Shown: positions 14,477 to 27,346 of the stretch, one piece after another
Layout: every line of letters starts with the position of its first letter
How positions within the stretch are numbered: position 1 is the first letter of the stretch
Origin: Tubulanus polymorphus
Taxonomy: Eukaryota; Animalia; Nemertea
DNA: 64,000 nt
Assembly: GCF_964204645.1 (NCBI RefSeq)
Contig: NC_134025.1
Coordinates: 12,524,001 to 12,588,000, forward strand
Direction of reading: 5' to 3'
Position numbers and translations under genes: made by a program
Notes under the pieces: model-generated
The model's database searches: none
The model's input: only the letters and a program-made list of their open reading frames with translations
Told to the model about the DNA's origin: nothing

Positions 14477-17400
14477 GTGATCTCCATCCTCGGTCTTAAT
14501 GTATGTGGACTTAAGAGTAAGTTACCCGATATTGCAGACTTACTTATAAATAATGACATTACCGTTTTTACAGAATCAAAACTAGATGATACTGATATTT
14601 CTAAAATCCAGAACTTTTTCAATGAAAATGAATTCGAGGTTTACTTTAATAATAGGCATAAACTAGCAATCAGAAGATCTGGAGGTATTATTATAGCATT
14701 ACGAAAGAATGTATCAAAGTATGTTATCAGAAGCTTTAATACATCAAGTTTGATTAACTGGGTTGAACTCGATGGTCATATCTGGAACCTGGATAAAAAT
14801 ATATTACTAGGCGGTGTGTATATACCACCGGAGACAAGTCGCCCTTATGGCGGGATAGAGCTATTTGATTCTTTGGACGAGGAAATTCTTAGCGTTAGAA
14901 ACGATACAAATTATATTTTATTAGTCGGAGACTTTAATGCATACACGAAGAATCGCCCTGATTACTTTATTCATGATAACCGATTCGTTGATGCCCTTGA
15001 TTTGCAGCATATATTCCAAGAAAATGAACACCAAGTATCCATACTAAATAATTTAGGATGTTTGGGGAGGAACAATAGCGACGAGAGTGTAAATAACTAT
15101 GGGACACGGCTGTTAGAATCTTGTAAACACCTCGGTCTTTCTATCGTTAACGGTCGGGTGGGTAACAATAGGCTCATTGGAAAGTGCACCTGTTTTAAAG
15201 GTAACGTTCCGCATCTGGTGGATTACATGATCGCCTCGCCTGATATTTTCAAGATTATAAAGAATTTTGATGTATTAGATTTCGAGCCACTCGTATCTGA
15301 TGTCCATGCGGCCATTATATGCGAAATTAAAATCATCAAAAAAATCCACACTGAAGAAACCCAAAAGAAGCCCAACCCGGCAACAACTATAAGATGGAAA
15401 CAACACCTAGCAGATAGTTTTTTAATTGAATTAACAAAACATTCATTAGAATTGAACAAGATAGAGACAGACTTAGCAGCTGGGCGCATGGATGCTAACT
15501 CTGTATCATTCGAAATGGGCGAAATTCTAGTTAAATCAGCAAAAAGGATAATGGGTGTATGTAAAACAACTTCCCCCACTAAAACAAATAAGGTAAATCA
15601 TTTGAACCAAGAATCTAGGACTCAACGGACAATTTACCGCCGGTCAAAACGGGCCCATAAAAGGACACGCTCAGTACATATAGTAAGTTGAAAATGAATA
15701 GAAATTTTCGTAAGTATAAGCGACTAATTAAGATAAATAAGAGGGCTGATGTATCGCGTTTTAATGCATCCCTACGGCAAATGCAAAACGCGCGCCCTCG
15801 ACAATTCTGGAAAATCTTCAATAGGAAAACAGGTGATAGAGACTGCAAAGCGTCCCTTGACGATCTTTACCTATTCTATGCGAATTTAAATCGAAACCCG
15901 CGAAACGCAAACCCAGAAAATTTACATGAACCAGATGACTTTTTTGATTTAGGGGATGACAGCCCATTGAATGCCCATTTTAGTGTAGAAGAAATAAAAA
16001 AGGCCATTAATTCTTTAAGTAATAATAAAGCCCCTGGCGTCAATGAGATATCCAATGAGATTTTAAAGCATTCTCAGGATAAAATACTACCAATTTTGTT
16101 GGGACTTTTTAATAATGTATTGGATACGGGAATGACTCCAGAAAATTGGGGGATCGGTATAATAATACTTATATATAAGGGCAAAGGTAACCGCGAAGAC
16201 CCTGAAAACTATAGAGGAATAACCCTTTTGAGTTGCGTCGGAAAACTTTTTACTAATATACTCAACCAGCGTCTGAACCAATACTTAGAAGTGAACAACC
16301 TCCTCTTGAGGAATCAAGCCGGTTTCCGAAAAGATCACGGAATACTAGATCATATATTTACATTGAAAAGCATTGTAGACTTGTTTTTTGCAAATGGTAA
16401 GAAATTATATTGTATTTTTATAGATTTTCAAAAATGTTTTGATACAATAAACCGAAAGGCTTTATGGCATAAGCTCATCCAATTAGGAATCACTGGTAAA
16501 ATTCTCAAAGTGATACATAATCTATATGAAAACGCAAAATCCTGCATTAGAGTGAATGGAGAAATTTCTGATGACTTTGAGTGTTTTACAGGATTAAGAC
16601 AGGGGGAAAACCTCTCGCCTGTGCTTTTTTCAATATTTGTAAACGACTTAGAGGAATATTTATCAAATGAAGGGTGCTCAGGGATAAACTTTTTAACAGA
16701 TGATAATAATTTATGGATTAAATTATTATCGCTTCTTTATGCTGATGACACCGTCTTATTATCGGAGAGCATAGAAAACCTTCAGCTTTTGGCTAGCAAA
16801 ATGGCTGAATACTGCGAAAAGTGGCAACTGAAAATCAATTACGCCAAAACGAAGGTTATAATTTTTGAAAAAAGGAAGAGCCGTCGTCGGTCTGACATTA
16901 CTATAAACGGTCACCATATTGAAGCGGTGGATCACTTTAGATATCTAGGAGTTATTTTCAACTACATTGGAAAATTCACTTTGTGTAAGAAGTCTGTATT
17001 TGAGCATGCCAACAGGGCCTTATTTTACGTACTGAACCAAGTTCAAGAACATTCTCTTGCAATTGACGTAGCATTAAAACTTTATGACAGCATGGTTCTA
17101 TCGATACTTACATTTGGATGTGAGATTTGGGGGATAGAGAACATATCAAGTTTGGAGAAAATACAATTGAAATTTTTTAAATACATTCTTAAACTGAAAA
17201 AGTCTACCCCAAACATGTTTGTATATGGCGAACTAGGCCGATATCCGTTGGAATTAACGGTTAAATGTGGAATAATAAAATTTTGGGCCAAGCTTTTAAA
17301 CAGCAACAAACTGTCCTCTGACATGTATCATATATTACTCAAATCGCATGAAAATGGCAATTCGAACCCCTGGCTATCCTTTGTCCGCACAACCTTAGAA

Positions 17401-17907
17401 ACAAATGGTCTTGGGAATTTGTGGCACGACCAGACACCCCCTAATCCTGATTACGCAGCACACAGCCTTTCTTTGCGACTGAGGGACCAATACGTTCAAA
17501 ACTGGGATAACCAATGTAAGATTTCTAATATTGCCGACTCGTATAGAATTTTTAAAACTGAATGGGGCTCTGAAAACTATTTATCTGAATTACCTGATCA
17601 TCTAAGGATATCATTTTGTAGATTCCGATGTTCCAACCATCCCCTCCCAATAGAAAAAGGGAGATATAATCGTATACCCCGAGCAGACAGGCTGTGTACT
17701 AAGTGCGATATGGGAGTTGTATGTGATGAATTTCACTTTATATTTATTTGTCCTTTTTTCAATGACCAGCGCAAGAAGTATGTCAATCAATATTAAATAA
17801 ACAATCCTACATCGCATAAATTTAAAGAGTTATTTTGTACAACTGGCGTGAAATTAAAAAACCTCATTTTATATATACAGAAATGTTTAAGATACTTTGT
17901 TACCTAA
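14477..17907 (+). pseudogene. LINE ORF2: apurinic-type endonuclease plus reverse transcriptase
   Basis: APE motifs NVCGL, TES, GDFNA, DY and SDVH (14477-15691); RT motifs YRGITLLS, QAGFR, GLRQGENLSP and LLYADD (15688-17796); RLCTKC...DEFHF...C near the end. There is a frameshift near 15690, and a stop at 17794-17796 with the frame continuing to 17907. Confidence 0.92.
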
Positions 17908-18070
17908 ATGCATAAATGCCAGATAATGCACTTGTTGCATACATAAGCCCACCAATTGTATGTACTGTCAATTTTCATTGTCTGTAATTTGTATAATGTA
18001 TCTTGTAACTGGCTTTTGCTCTTCGCAAATTTGTAAATTTTGTTAGCAATAAATCTATCTATCTATCTAC

Positions 18071-18900
18071 ACTCACATTCTCGCACTTATACACACACCG
18101 CGCATACGTTACTAGAGACACTCTTAAAGGTATGAATATAAATCAGACACAAGTCACATCACACAATAAAGGTTATATAGTTATAATTAGACAAGAGCAG
18201 ACTTCTGAGACTGTTCCGAAATATATTTAAATGGGGCTCTTTTTTATTCAGATGGTAGATTGTTCCAGTATTTTGCACCTTGAATTTTAACGCTTCTAGA
18301 TTCAATATTAGATTCAGAAAATTCGATGAAAAGATCATTGATTCTGCGCGTGTTGCGCCAATTAGGCCTGGAACGCCGAAAAATGAAGAAGTCTGCGAAA
18401 AGGTCGGGTAACAAATTAATATTATGAATTTGACAGAAGGTGAAATTTCGAAGCCGATGTTTGTAAATATCACACAATTTCAGGATTTTGAGTCTTTTAA
18501 AAATTGCCGACGTGTGTTCTAAACCAGTCAGAGCGCGTTATAGTGCGTATTGCTCTTTTCTGAAGAACAACAAGAGGGTTTAAATAGGTACGACAAGCAT
18601 TTCCCAAATACGACTGGACAAAATGGTATAAACTAATCAAAATGTTTAGAGATAAATAATTTTTCAACCGGTTAATGATGGCAATGCCACGTGAAACTTT
18701 TTTTAACAAATAAAACTGATGTGTTCCTTCCAGTTTAAATTTTGATCGAAAATTATGCCTAGAAATTTTGAACTTGTAACTCTTCTTATCGGATGACCAT
18801 CTAAGAGTATATTTAGATCCGGGAAAAACTGTCGTCAAAAATAATGTAATTTGTTTTAGCTATATTAACGGAAAGGCGATTTGCTCTAAACCAGTTGAGG
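18071..18900 (-). mobile_element. Degraded 3' fragment of an L2/CR1-group LINE; its probable tail is at 12934-13084
   Basis: Broken frames read KVSRGIAIINRLKNYL...LISLY...LVVLQKRAIRTIT and GAKYWNNLP, typical of the post-RT region. An AATAAATCAAATCAA tail lies on the - strand near 12934-12950. Confidence 0.65.
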
Positions 18901-19141
18901 AGCTGATTTGCTGATTAGTGTGTGTAACTATAACTCTAGGTTATGAGGATTTTGTTTGTAAAACCATAGTGAAGCTAATCAACCCCAATCGTCGTTTTAG
19001 GATTTAAAACTTACTTCTTTATCATTTGGGTTCCTTGTAAATGTGTATAGTACATATAGGCTTTTATCTTTGTACGTAACACATATGCTGTGTACAGATG
19101 TTGTCTTCTTTTTTCTTTGTCAAATATTGTTTGATCTATAT

Positions 19142-21395
19142 TTAGGGTTTCTGCTGCTTTCGCAGAAAACTCTCTTGTAATTCGGTTGATTATTATTATT
19201 ATTATAAATTTTCCACTTTCCAGCCAAAAATTTTTCATAAAATGTATCTCCTCTCAGATTCGACTACTAACAGCTAATAAACATAATTTTCAATTATGAC
19301 TGAAATATAACTAAGCGCCTGATCATTTCGAATTTTCGTATTGTAATTTATTATGAATTAATCCAGCATTATTACTGGGTCTAAACAGCAAATAAAAATG
19401 TCGCAAGAATCATCATCCATTGATAAATGTACATCCCGAAAAGCCTACAAATTACCAGACGACCTTGAGCTTTAAACTCAACCGTAAATCACGGATAACA
19501 ATTAGACCGGATCCGTCATTTTCCACAAACGATAACTACAGCCGGTGCGCAATAAGTGTCTTATTAATGAAACATGGCGGATGGTTGAAATCATTTTCGG
19601 CTTAAATTTATCGCGAGTTTTAGGACCTTAATGAATTTCACGAAACCATGGTCCTTAAAATGATTCAATTGGTTAATTCTATTCGTAAATCAATTTACGT
19701 TGGCTAAATTTCCTGAAGATTTCTGGCTCGAACCAACGTAATATGGACAGAAATGGAAATGGTAGGAATTTTCATACGGAATTTTACTTCCGCGTTCACT
19801 CGACGACTCAGATCGATGACAACGACAGCAGATTTTACGTAATTTAAGGTGAGAATCCGTTAACCAGGGAATGTTTTACATGATTTCTTGGTTTCTATAT
19901 AATATTAGTACATATGGTAGCAAATGAGTACTCGGTGAGGTAATGATCATTGTTGGCTAGCTACTTTACCTAGCTTTTTGGGGGGATACACCTAGAATAG
20001 GCCCTAAATGTAGTGTGTAGAGCCAGTGGAAAGCCTAAGTTGTTAGTAAAGGGCTGGTTTACACTTATGTGTACGACTATTTATTTCGATTACTTTCTTT
20101 CCAGCTATTATTCGTGGAATGAACTGGTCACTACGGTCTTCAATTCCTTTGCGGATTCTTGCAGCTGGTGGAAATAAATTTAAACCACAGTGTGCAAGTG
20201 TAAGTTCCAAATCAAGCTTTTTCGTCATTGTCGTAACTTAAGCGCAACTGTCTCAGATGCTGTAAGTACTTGACGTTTTATGTAATTTTTTCAGTTGCCA
20301 TGTTTACAATATTTGGATAAGTAATCAGTGATTATACTTTCACTCCTCTATGATATTATATAAGCGAGTAATTATTACATTTGATTGCTTAATTACAGGT
20401 GGAAAGAGGTCAGATGGCATGAAAATCGACTGTGGCTGACTAATCGGTGCGAGTACATCAGGCGTTGATGTTTCAAAAGGTGAAGCCAAAATGCTTGTAT
20501 CATCAGGGGGTAGACAAATATCCGAAGATAAGTGAACTTCACCTCGTTGATCGTCAGTTGATTTTGCTGTATTTTTTTCGCCTGGATAAATCAACATGTA
20601 TTTCAGTTCAAAATCTGTGTTCAGTAGCATTTCTTTCAATAAAATGAAAATTCAATTGACTTATTTTTATGTATTCAAGATTGAAATTGAATCAAAACCA
20701 GAGAAAGCATTCTTCAGAAATTTAGAAAATCCTAGACTCATAATCAAATTCTGTGAGAAGTCAGTTAAGTTCTTTTGCTCGAATCAAGCCGAGGGCTCAG
20801 ATGGCTAAAATTCAATTCCTCAATGTCTTATAATGCAGGGTTCGATAAAGTTTACACACTGAAAAACGTTGGGCTGTGTAAGTGTAATTTGGATAAGTTA
20901 GCAATACATAATGACCGCCCTGGCCCACTGCATCTGAGGCATGAACAAGTTAAACTGTGTTGCTTTGATGCTTTGACAAACGGACTCCTAAGCAAGATGA
21001 CCTGCCCAATCAAATGTAAATTAAGAAAGAAAACCACACAATTGATCAGTCAATGCCTTGCGTCTTCAAAAAAAATCTTCCCGGAAATATTTCTTTTTCT
21101 GGCCACCACCTGCCTCGACACGCGACGTTCAAGTTGATACAACTGCCACCGGGGGACCATATCTTCGGTATCCTCAAAGCCATTTTGATTAGACTTGGTA
21201 CATCAGTACTTTTTACATGGTAGCCTTTTTGGATCCACATAATCCAGCATATTGTTGACCCAGGTTGCGCTTCTTGGAAATAGTCCTACGTTATGGACGG
21301 ATTGGAATAATTTCGATGAAATCTTTTTTACGCTTCCCATTGCAACATATGAACGAATTATGCAGAAACCCGTTATCGCTGCTATGCTGCTATAC
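19142..21395. mobile_element. Non-autonomous Helentron-type (HINE/DINE-like) element
   Basis: Starts TTAGGGTTTCTGC with a short hairpin and (ATT)n; ends GCAGAAACCC followed by a short imperfect stem-loop. It is inserted at TT with no target duplication, and the empty site is visible in the paralogous sequence near 10671-10686. Confidence 0.7.
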
Positions 21396-22180
21396 TCTAT
21401 GTTATGTTTTTGAAATGTGTATACTTCTTGATGTTCCTGTGCATACCTCTCGTTGAGGTGTTGAGTGTAAATAAATTTCCAATTTCGATATTCATATTCA
21501 AATGATAGATCTATTAGTCCCTTGCTGTTATCTTTTTCAAAAGTTTTGACGATGGCAGTTTATCATATATCTGGACACTATCAATGTATGGAAATTCTAG
21601 GCCATTTAGAAAAAATTAAAACAAACATATACTCAGCGAGCACACGCCATTAAGGTTATATAGTAATAATTTGACAAGAGCAGACTTCTGTATGGTGGCT
21701 GATAAGGGCCATAGCGTAAAATTCCTGGTATGTAAATGAGGGCGCCAGAACGCCAGAACGCCAAAACGAAAAAAAACGTCCAATTGTCTCTGAAAGTTCG
21801 TTTTGGCGCGCCAAAACAAAGAAAATTCCGTTTTGGAGCCGCCGCCAAAACGAACTTTCATTTTGGCACCCCCGCCAAAACGAACTAGCCATTACCCTCC
21901 AAAATATAATAGTCGTTCATGGGTTCAAGATCGCTCTAAGTGTTCGGAAAACGCTTTTAATTTGTAAAAGCCTACGGCGCTCGCGAGCGGTTCGCGTGCA
22001 ACTCAACAAAAAATACCGCGGATTTTATAGGTCGGTGTTCTCATCTTTGAATAAATGAGTGATGGATTGTCTACTTGCAAGCGATTGCAATATAACTCGA
22101 ATTGACAATTATCAAAGACGCCCAATGCTATACAGCAAGATGGTAGCGACCAAACACAGTATTCTTATCATTATGTTTAC

Positions 22181-22626
22181 CGGTCTCTTATTTCTGGATG
22201 ATCTGCTAACATCAACAACACAAATGAAACTGCATTGCTGGTAGTTTCCTGTCCTAAAATGAAATGAAGAAACATAATTACTTAGCCACACCTTATAGAT
22301 TTATGAATATACATATTGTGTTAAGGCAACCTACCAGCTATAAAAAAAGTGATGAAATCGTCTATTAGGTCTTCTATTGTTAATGAGTCGTCATTTCCTG
22401 AAAAAAAATATACATATATTTCAGTTTGGTAGAGTATATTTCGAACAAGATAGGCCAGAAAGTAATGCTTACTGAATTGTTTCAGGATACTTGTTAAGAT
22501 ATCGTTAGGTACTTCTTCGTTTTCCATGATTTTCATTCGCTTTTCAAAACACATCTGCCCAAAATTACGTAGCAGTTTCAGCGACTCTTTAGTCTTGTCA
22601 ACTTCAGCCCAATTCCATGGTAGACT
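22181..22626 (-). pseudogene. CYP46A1: CYP46A1-like copy A, three middle exons (G to I helix)
   Basis: GT-AG exons 22473-22626, 22335-22397 and 22181-22253 read ...EEVPNDILTSILK...DLIDDFITFFIAGQETTSNAVSF...HPEIRDR. The phase is compatible with the exon starting at 6282, across an intron of about 15.9 kb. Confidence 0.85.
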
Positions 22627-22715
22627 CTGGTGTTTGGAAAATAATGAAATTACAAATTGATATGAAATTGATAAGCTACTCCTTATTTAGATTAAAGAGA
22701 ACTATGTGAAATGTT

Positions 22716-23081
22716 AGTAATAGGGGAAATAGGGGTTCAGGCCAAAGGTCGAAAGGTCGAGCTCATAAAATATGAAAAACATGAAAATAATAAGAATTTC
22801 TACTTGAATTCAAGTAGAAATTATTATTATTATTATTATTCATATTTTTCATTTTTTACTCACTCGCCCTTTCAACCTTTAACCTGAACCCCTATTTCCC
22901 CTATTACTCTTAAAATAATCATATACATGAATAAAATATAAATGAATAACATATATAAGTAATTAGAAATTGTGGCTTTCAGATCAGAGGTCGGAGGTCG
23001 AGCTCTTATAGAATAGATATATAGATTTATTTTAAACATATTTCAATATTTATATTTGTATGAGTTAGATTTTTAAACATT
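22716..23081. repeat. Left TIR of element 1, with a fold-back hairpin at 22716-22908
   Basis: Inverted match to 36778-37146. AGTAATAGGGGAAATAGGGGTTCAGG pairs with CCTGAACCCCTATTTCCCCTATTACT; the central palindrome is AATTTCTACTTGAATTCAAGTAGAAATT. Confidence 0.92.
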
Positions 23082-23201
23082 AAAAGTGTTAGTAAAGTGT
23101 GATTGAAATAATTCATATATATATACACACGAATATAAATGAATAACTTCTAAATGAATAAAATGTGTCAAATCAATTAAAAAAAAAAATTTAGTATTAA
23201 A

Positions 23202-26200
23202 ATGGAAGCAAATAAGTACTACTGTTCAACATGTAGAATCAATATAGATAAATCTCAAAAATCAAGACACAATAAAACTAAAACACATTTAGAGAATAAA
23301 TTGAAATTAGAATATGAAGATGATATATTAGAAACTAAATTAGATGAATTAAAGAATGAAAAAGAAACATACAAATGTGATACATGTAATCAATCATTCA
23401 GTGATAAAAGATATTATAATGAACATTTAAAATCTAAAAGCCATATTAGAAATAAGAATAATGATATTTTAGGTGAAGATTATTTTGATGAAGATAATGA
23501 TAAGAAACAGAAGTCAATTGAAAGAATAAGAAATAAATTAAACAATAAAAGACCATACATGGAAGATGTAAGAAATTATATTAATTCATTAGATAATAAA
23601 AAAGATATAGAAATAACCGAAGCATTTAAAAGTGATATTGGTCCAGCAGCTATTGAGTTTAAATTTCATAAAGGAAAAACATTAGGAGAAAATAAAAAAC
23701 ATTTAGAAAATATGAAAAATATTCTAAAAATAATTACAGATGTTGAATATCCTAAAATAAGTATTTCATCAAAAGTTAAATTTATAAAATCTGAAGATAA
23801 ACCAATATATAATATAAATTCTCATTCACAACATATAATATCTTAACAACATATAGATGAAAAATTAGATAAATGTTATAATGAAGTAAAAACTAAAATA
23901 GAAGAGAAATATTTTGAAGGATCAGGTTTAATATTCGATGAAATAATATTTATGACTTTACATGTTTATAACACAAAATATAATAAGTTAACTAAATCAA
24001 CACCTATTGATGAAAATAATTTATCATATTATAAAGATGATAGTATAAATGGAACAAGTTATATTAAACTACCATTTAAAACTAATGCTGTAATAAATGT
24101 ACAAAATTTTGATGATAAATGTTTTCTATGGACAATTATAAGTTGCTTACACCCAGTCGAAGATTATAATAAACATACTTATAGATTAACAAATTATAAA
24201 CCATTTGAAAATAATTATAAGATAGATCAGTATCCTGTTAGAATTAAAAATATCACAAAAATAGAAAGAGATAATAATCTAAAAATAAATGTATTTGATT
24301 TAATCAAATTACCAAATACAAAAGGTGATAAAATTGAGCATTATACATTAGAACCTTTGTATTTATCAAAAGATTGTGATTCAAATGGTGTTATAGATAT
24401 ACTATGTTATGAAAATCATTATATGTGGATTAAACAAATAGATTTATTCTTTAGAACAGAAAGTGATCACCATAATAAAATATATCTATGTAGAAAATGT
24501 TTACATAAATTCAGTAATGAAAGTACATTATTAAATCATAAACAATTATGTGAAAATCATGATTATTGTAAATTAGTTTTACCAAATGAAAAAGATAAAA
24601 TATTAGAATTCAAAAAATATGATTACAAAAATAAAGTACCATTTGTCATATATGGAGATTTTGAATCATTAAATAAAGAATTAACTGATCAAGATAGAAA
24701 AGAAATATATTATAAAAGAAAGAAATTAAATTCTAATGAAAATGATTTTTCAGATGAACCACCAAAAACAAATACAATTAAAAAGATTCATCAATCAGCT
24801 GCTGCTTTTGGATTATATATAAAATCTGATTATCCAGAACTAATCAAAAGTGAATATTATCATTATAGAAATGAAAATGTTATCAATCATTTTTGTGACT
24901 TGTTAATTGAGTATGAAATAAAATTTAATACAAAGTTGAATGAAAATAAAGAAATAATTATGACAGAAGATAAAGAAGAATTTGAGTTTGCAGGTAAATG
25001 TTATTATTGTGAAAAGATATTTAATTATAAAGATAAAAAAGTAAGAGACCATGATCATTTGAATGGAAGGTTTAGAGGCGCAGCGCATGAGAATTGTAAC
25101 TTACAAGCTAAGAAAATTAACTTTGTACCAGTTATATTTCATAATTTATCAGGATATGATGCACATTTATTCATCAAACAGTTATGCCATAAAATAGAAG
25201 AAATTAATAATGAAATAGAAAGATTAAATTCAAATAGATCAAAAGATAAAATACCAACTTATAAATTTAAAATGTTAGCTAAAACATCTGAGAATTATAT
25301 ATCATTCCAATTTGGATGCCTAAGATTTATAGATTCATATAGATTTTTAAATAGTTCATTAGATAATTTATCAAAATCATTAGTTGATGATGAATCAAAA
25401 ATATTAAAACAACACTATCCAAATAATGATGATTTTCAATTAATGAGATATAAAGGAGCGATTCCATATTCTTTCTATAAAAATCATAATGATTTTAATA
25501 TAACTGAACTTAAAAAGGAACAATTTTATGATGAATTAAAAAATGAATATGTTAAAGATGAAGTATATAATAGAACATTGAATATTTGGAATCATTTTAA
25601 AATAATAAATCATGGACAATTAGTAGATTTGTATCTAAAATCTGATGTTTTATTATTAACGGATATATTTGAAAGGTTTAGAGATGTAAACCTAAAATGT
25701 TTTAACATTGATCCTTGTCATTGTTATTCATCACCAGGATTAACTTGGGATTGTGGTTTAAAATTTACAGATATAAAAATGGATTTGTTAACAAATATAG
25801 ATCAATTATTATTATTTGAAAAATCTATAAGAGGAGGAGTTTCAGGTGTATTAGGTGATAGATATTTCAATGTAAAGGATAACCCTGGATATAAATTATT
25901 ATATATAGATGCAAATAATTTTTATGGATGGGCAATGATGGAACCACAACCTTATGGAGTATTTGTAATAAGTGAAGTTTTACAACATGAAAATAATGAT
26001 AAATTTGATTGGAAGAAAATAATTCTAGATATTGCAGATGATTCAGAGACTGGTTACTTCTTTGATGTAGACTTGGAATATCCTGAAAACGTTAAATTTA
26101 AATCTAGAAATCTAGCATACTGTCCCGAACATAAAACTGTAACTCATGAAGATATAACTTGTAATTCTAGTATATTAAATATTATACCATTACAAAAAGT

Positions 26201-26369
26201 TAAAGAATTTGGAACACAAATTAATTATAATTTAGCTGAATGTGATTTTAAACCTTGTATTTCACGATTTAACAATTTTAAATTAGAAATAAGAAATCAT
26301 AATGGTTATTTAATTGATTTGAATAACTTTCCTATAATTTATGAATTAGTTATAAGATGTAAAGAGTAA
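23202..26369 (+). pseudogene. Protein-primed family B DNA polymerase, truncated and fused to the C-terminus of the penton-like gene
   Basis: N-terminal C2H2-like fingers, stop at 23844-23846, exonuclease YGDFES, endonuclease-VII-like RDHDHLNGRFRGAAHENCN, and YIDANNFYGWAM. At about 26152 the sequence jumps from the equivalent of 41548 to about 43576 of element 2 (deletion of about 2 kb). Confidence 0.92.
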
Positions 26370-26385
26370 TTTTTTCACTATATAA

Positions 26386-26877
26386 ATGAATATAACTGTT
26401 GGATCGAGTATATGTTTTGGATTTGATTTTAAACATGAGAAAGACATGAAATTTAACATTAATGATGTAATAACACATATTAAAAATATTGGATGGGCAA
26501 TTGTTAACGCTTTAGCATTTACTGGTGGTGGTTATTTATTTAAGCATATTGATAAAAATGGTTCATTATCGGAACAAAAAAGACATAACTACAAATACAA
26601 TAAAGCAGCAGAAGAATATAGAGAAAAGAGACAAAACTATATGGATTATATTAACAAGGAATTATATGATCAGAAGATTTCACATAGAGATTTTCAATCA
26701 GTTGATGATGCAATGAGTTTATATAACGCGGTAACCAATAAAGAAAAATTACATCTATACAAACCTAAATTATCAGATTATTATACCCCAAGTAAAGAAC
26801 AACAGAAATATGAAATAATTTGGATTTTAGGTGGAACAGATATTGTTATATTTGTTGCTTATAAATTTACTAATTAG
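26386..26877 (+). pseudogene. Deletion-fused ORF (5' of the 43810 homolog plus 3' of the 44413 homolog)
   Basis: Junction near 26490; about 0.5 kb is missing relative to element 2. Confidence 0.8.
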
Positions 26878-27346
26878 TAATTTTTTTGCTAAATAAATGG
26901 AAGGTTAAGTTGATAATATTGATATTAATCCTCATGATATCAGTAAAACTAAATTAAAAATATATTAAGAAAAACAAATATTAGAATTTGAAAGTGACTT
27001 AAAGATAAAAAAGAAAAAATATTTAAAAAGTAAAATTATATATTATCTTATTATTAGTGGTTCAGTTACAATTAGTTCTGTAATAACATTTCTAGCAATA
27101 TTCAGTCCATTAACACCTTTAGCTATATCAATTGGTGTATTAGGATTAAGTTCAAGTGTATTAACCGGCATAAGTTCAAAATTAAATATAAAAAGTAATA
27201 AAGAAAAAATTAAAACTAATATAAAAGAAATGAATATATTAAAAATACACTTGATTATATAATAAGTTTAAATGGTAATATTACAGTTGAAGAACAAGAT
27301 AAATTATTAAAAGAATTAATGAATTATTAATTTTCTTATTATATAA

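Larger units (their letters stand above)
13085..18070 (+). mobile_element. Near full-length non-LTR retrotransposon (LINE, RTE-X-like by motif impression)
   Basis: ORF1 plus an APE-RT ORF2 with a C-terminal Cys/His motif; the 3' end is AATAA followed by (ATCT)n at about 18048-18068. The 5' boundary is approximate. Confidence 0.9.

Noticed and set aside
23952-26369. Novel polymerase-capsid fusion protein (805 aa)
   Set aside because: Comparison with element 2 shows an in-frame deletion of about 2 kb that removes the KxxxNxxYGK and DTDS motifs; it is a decay product.
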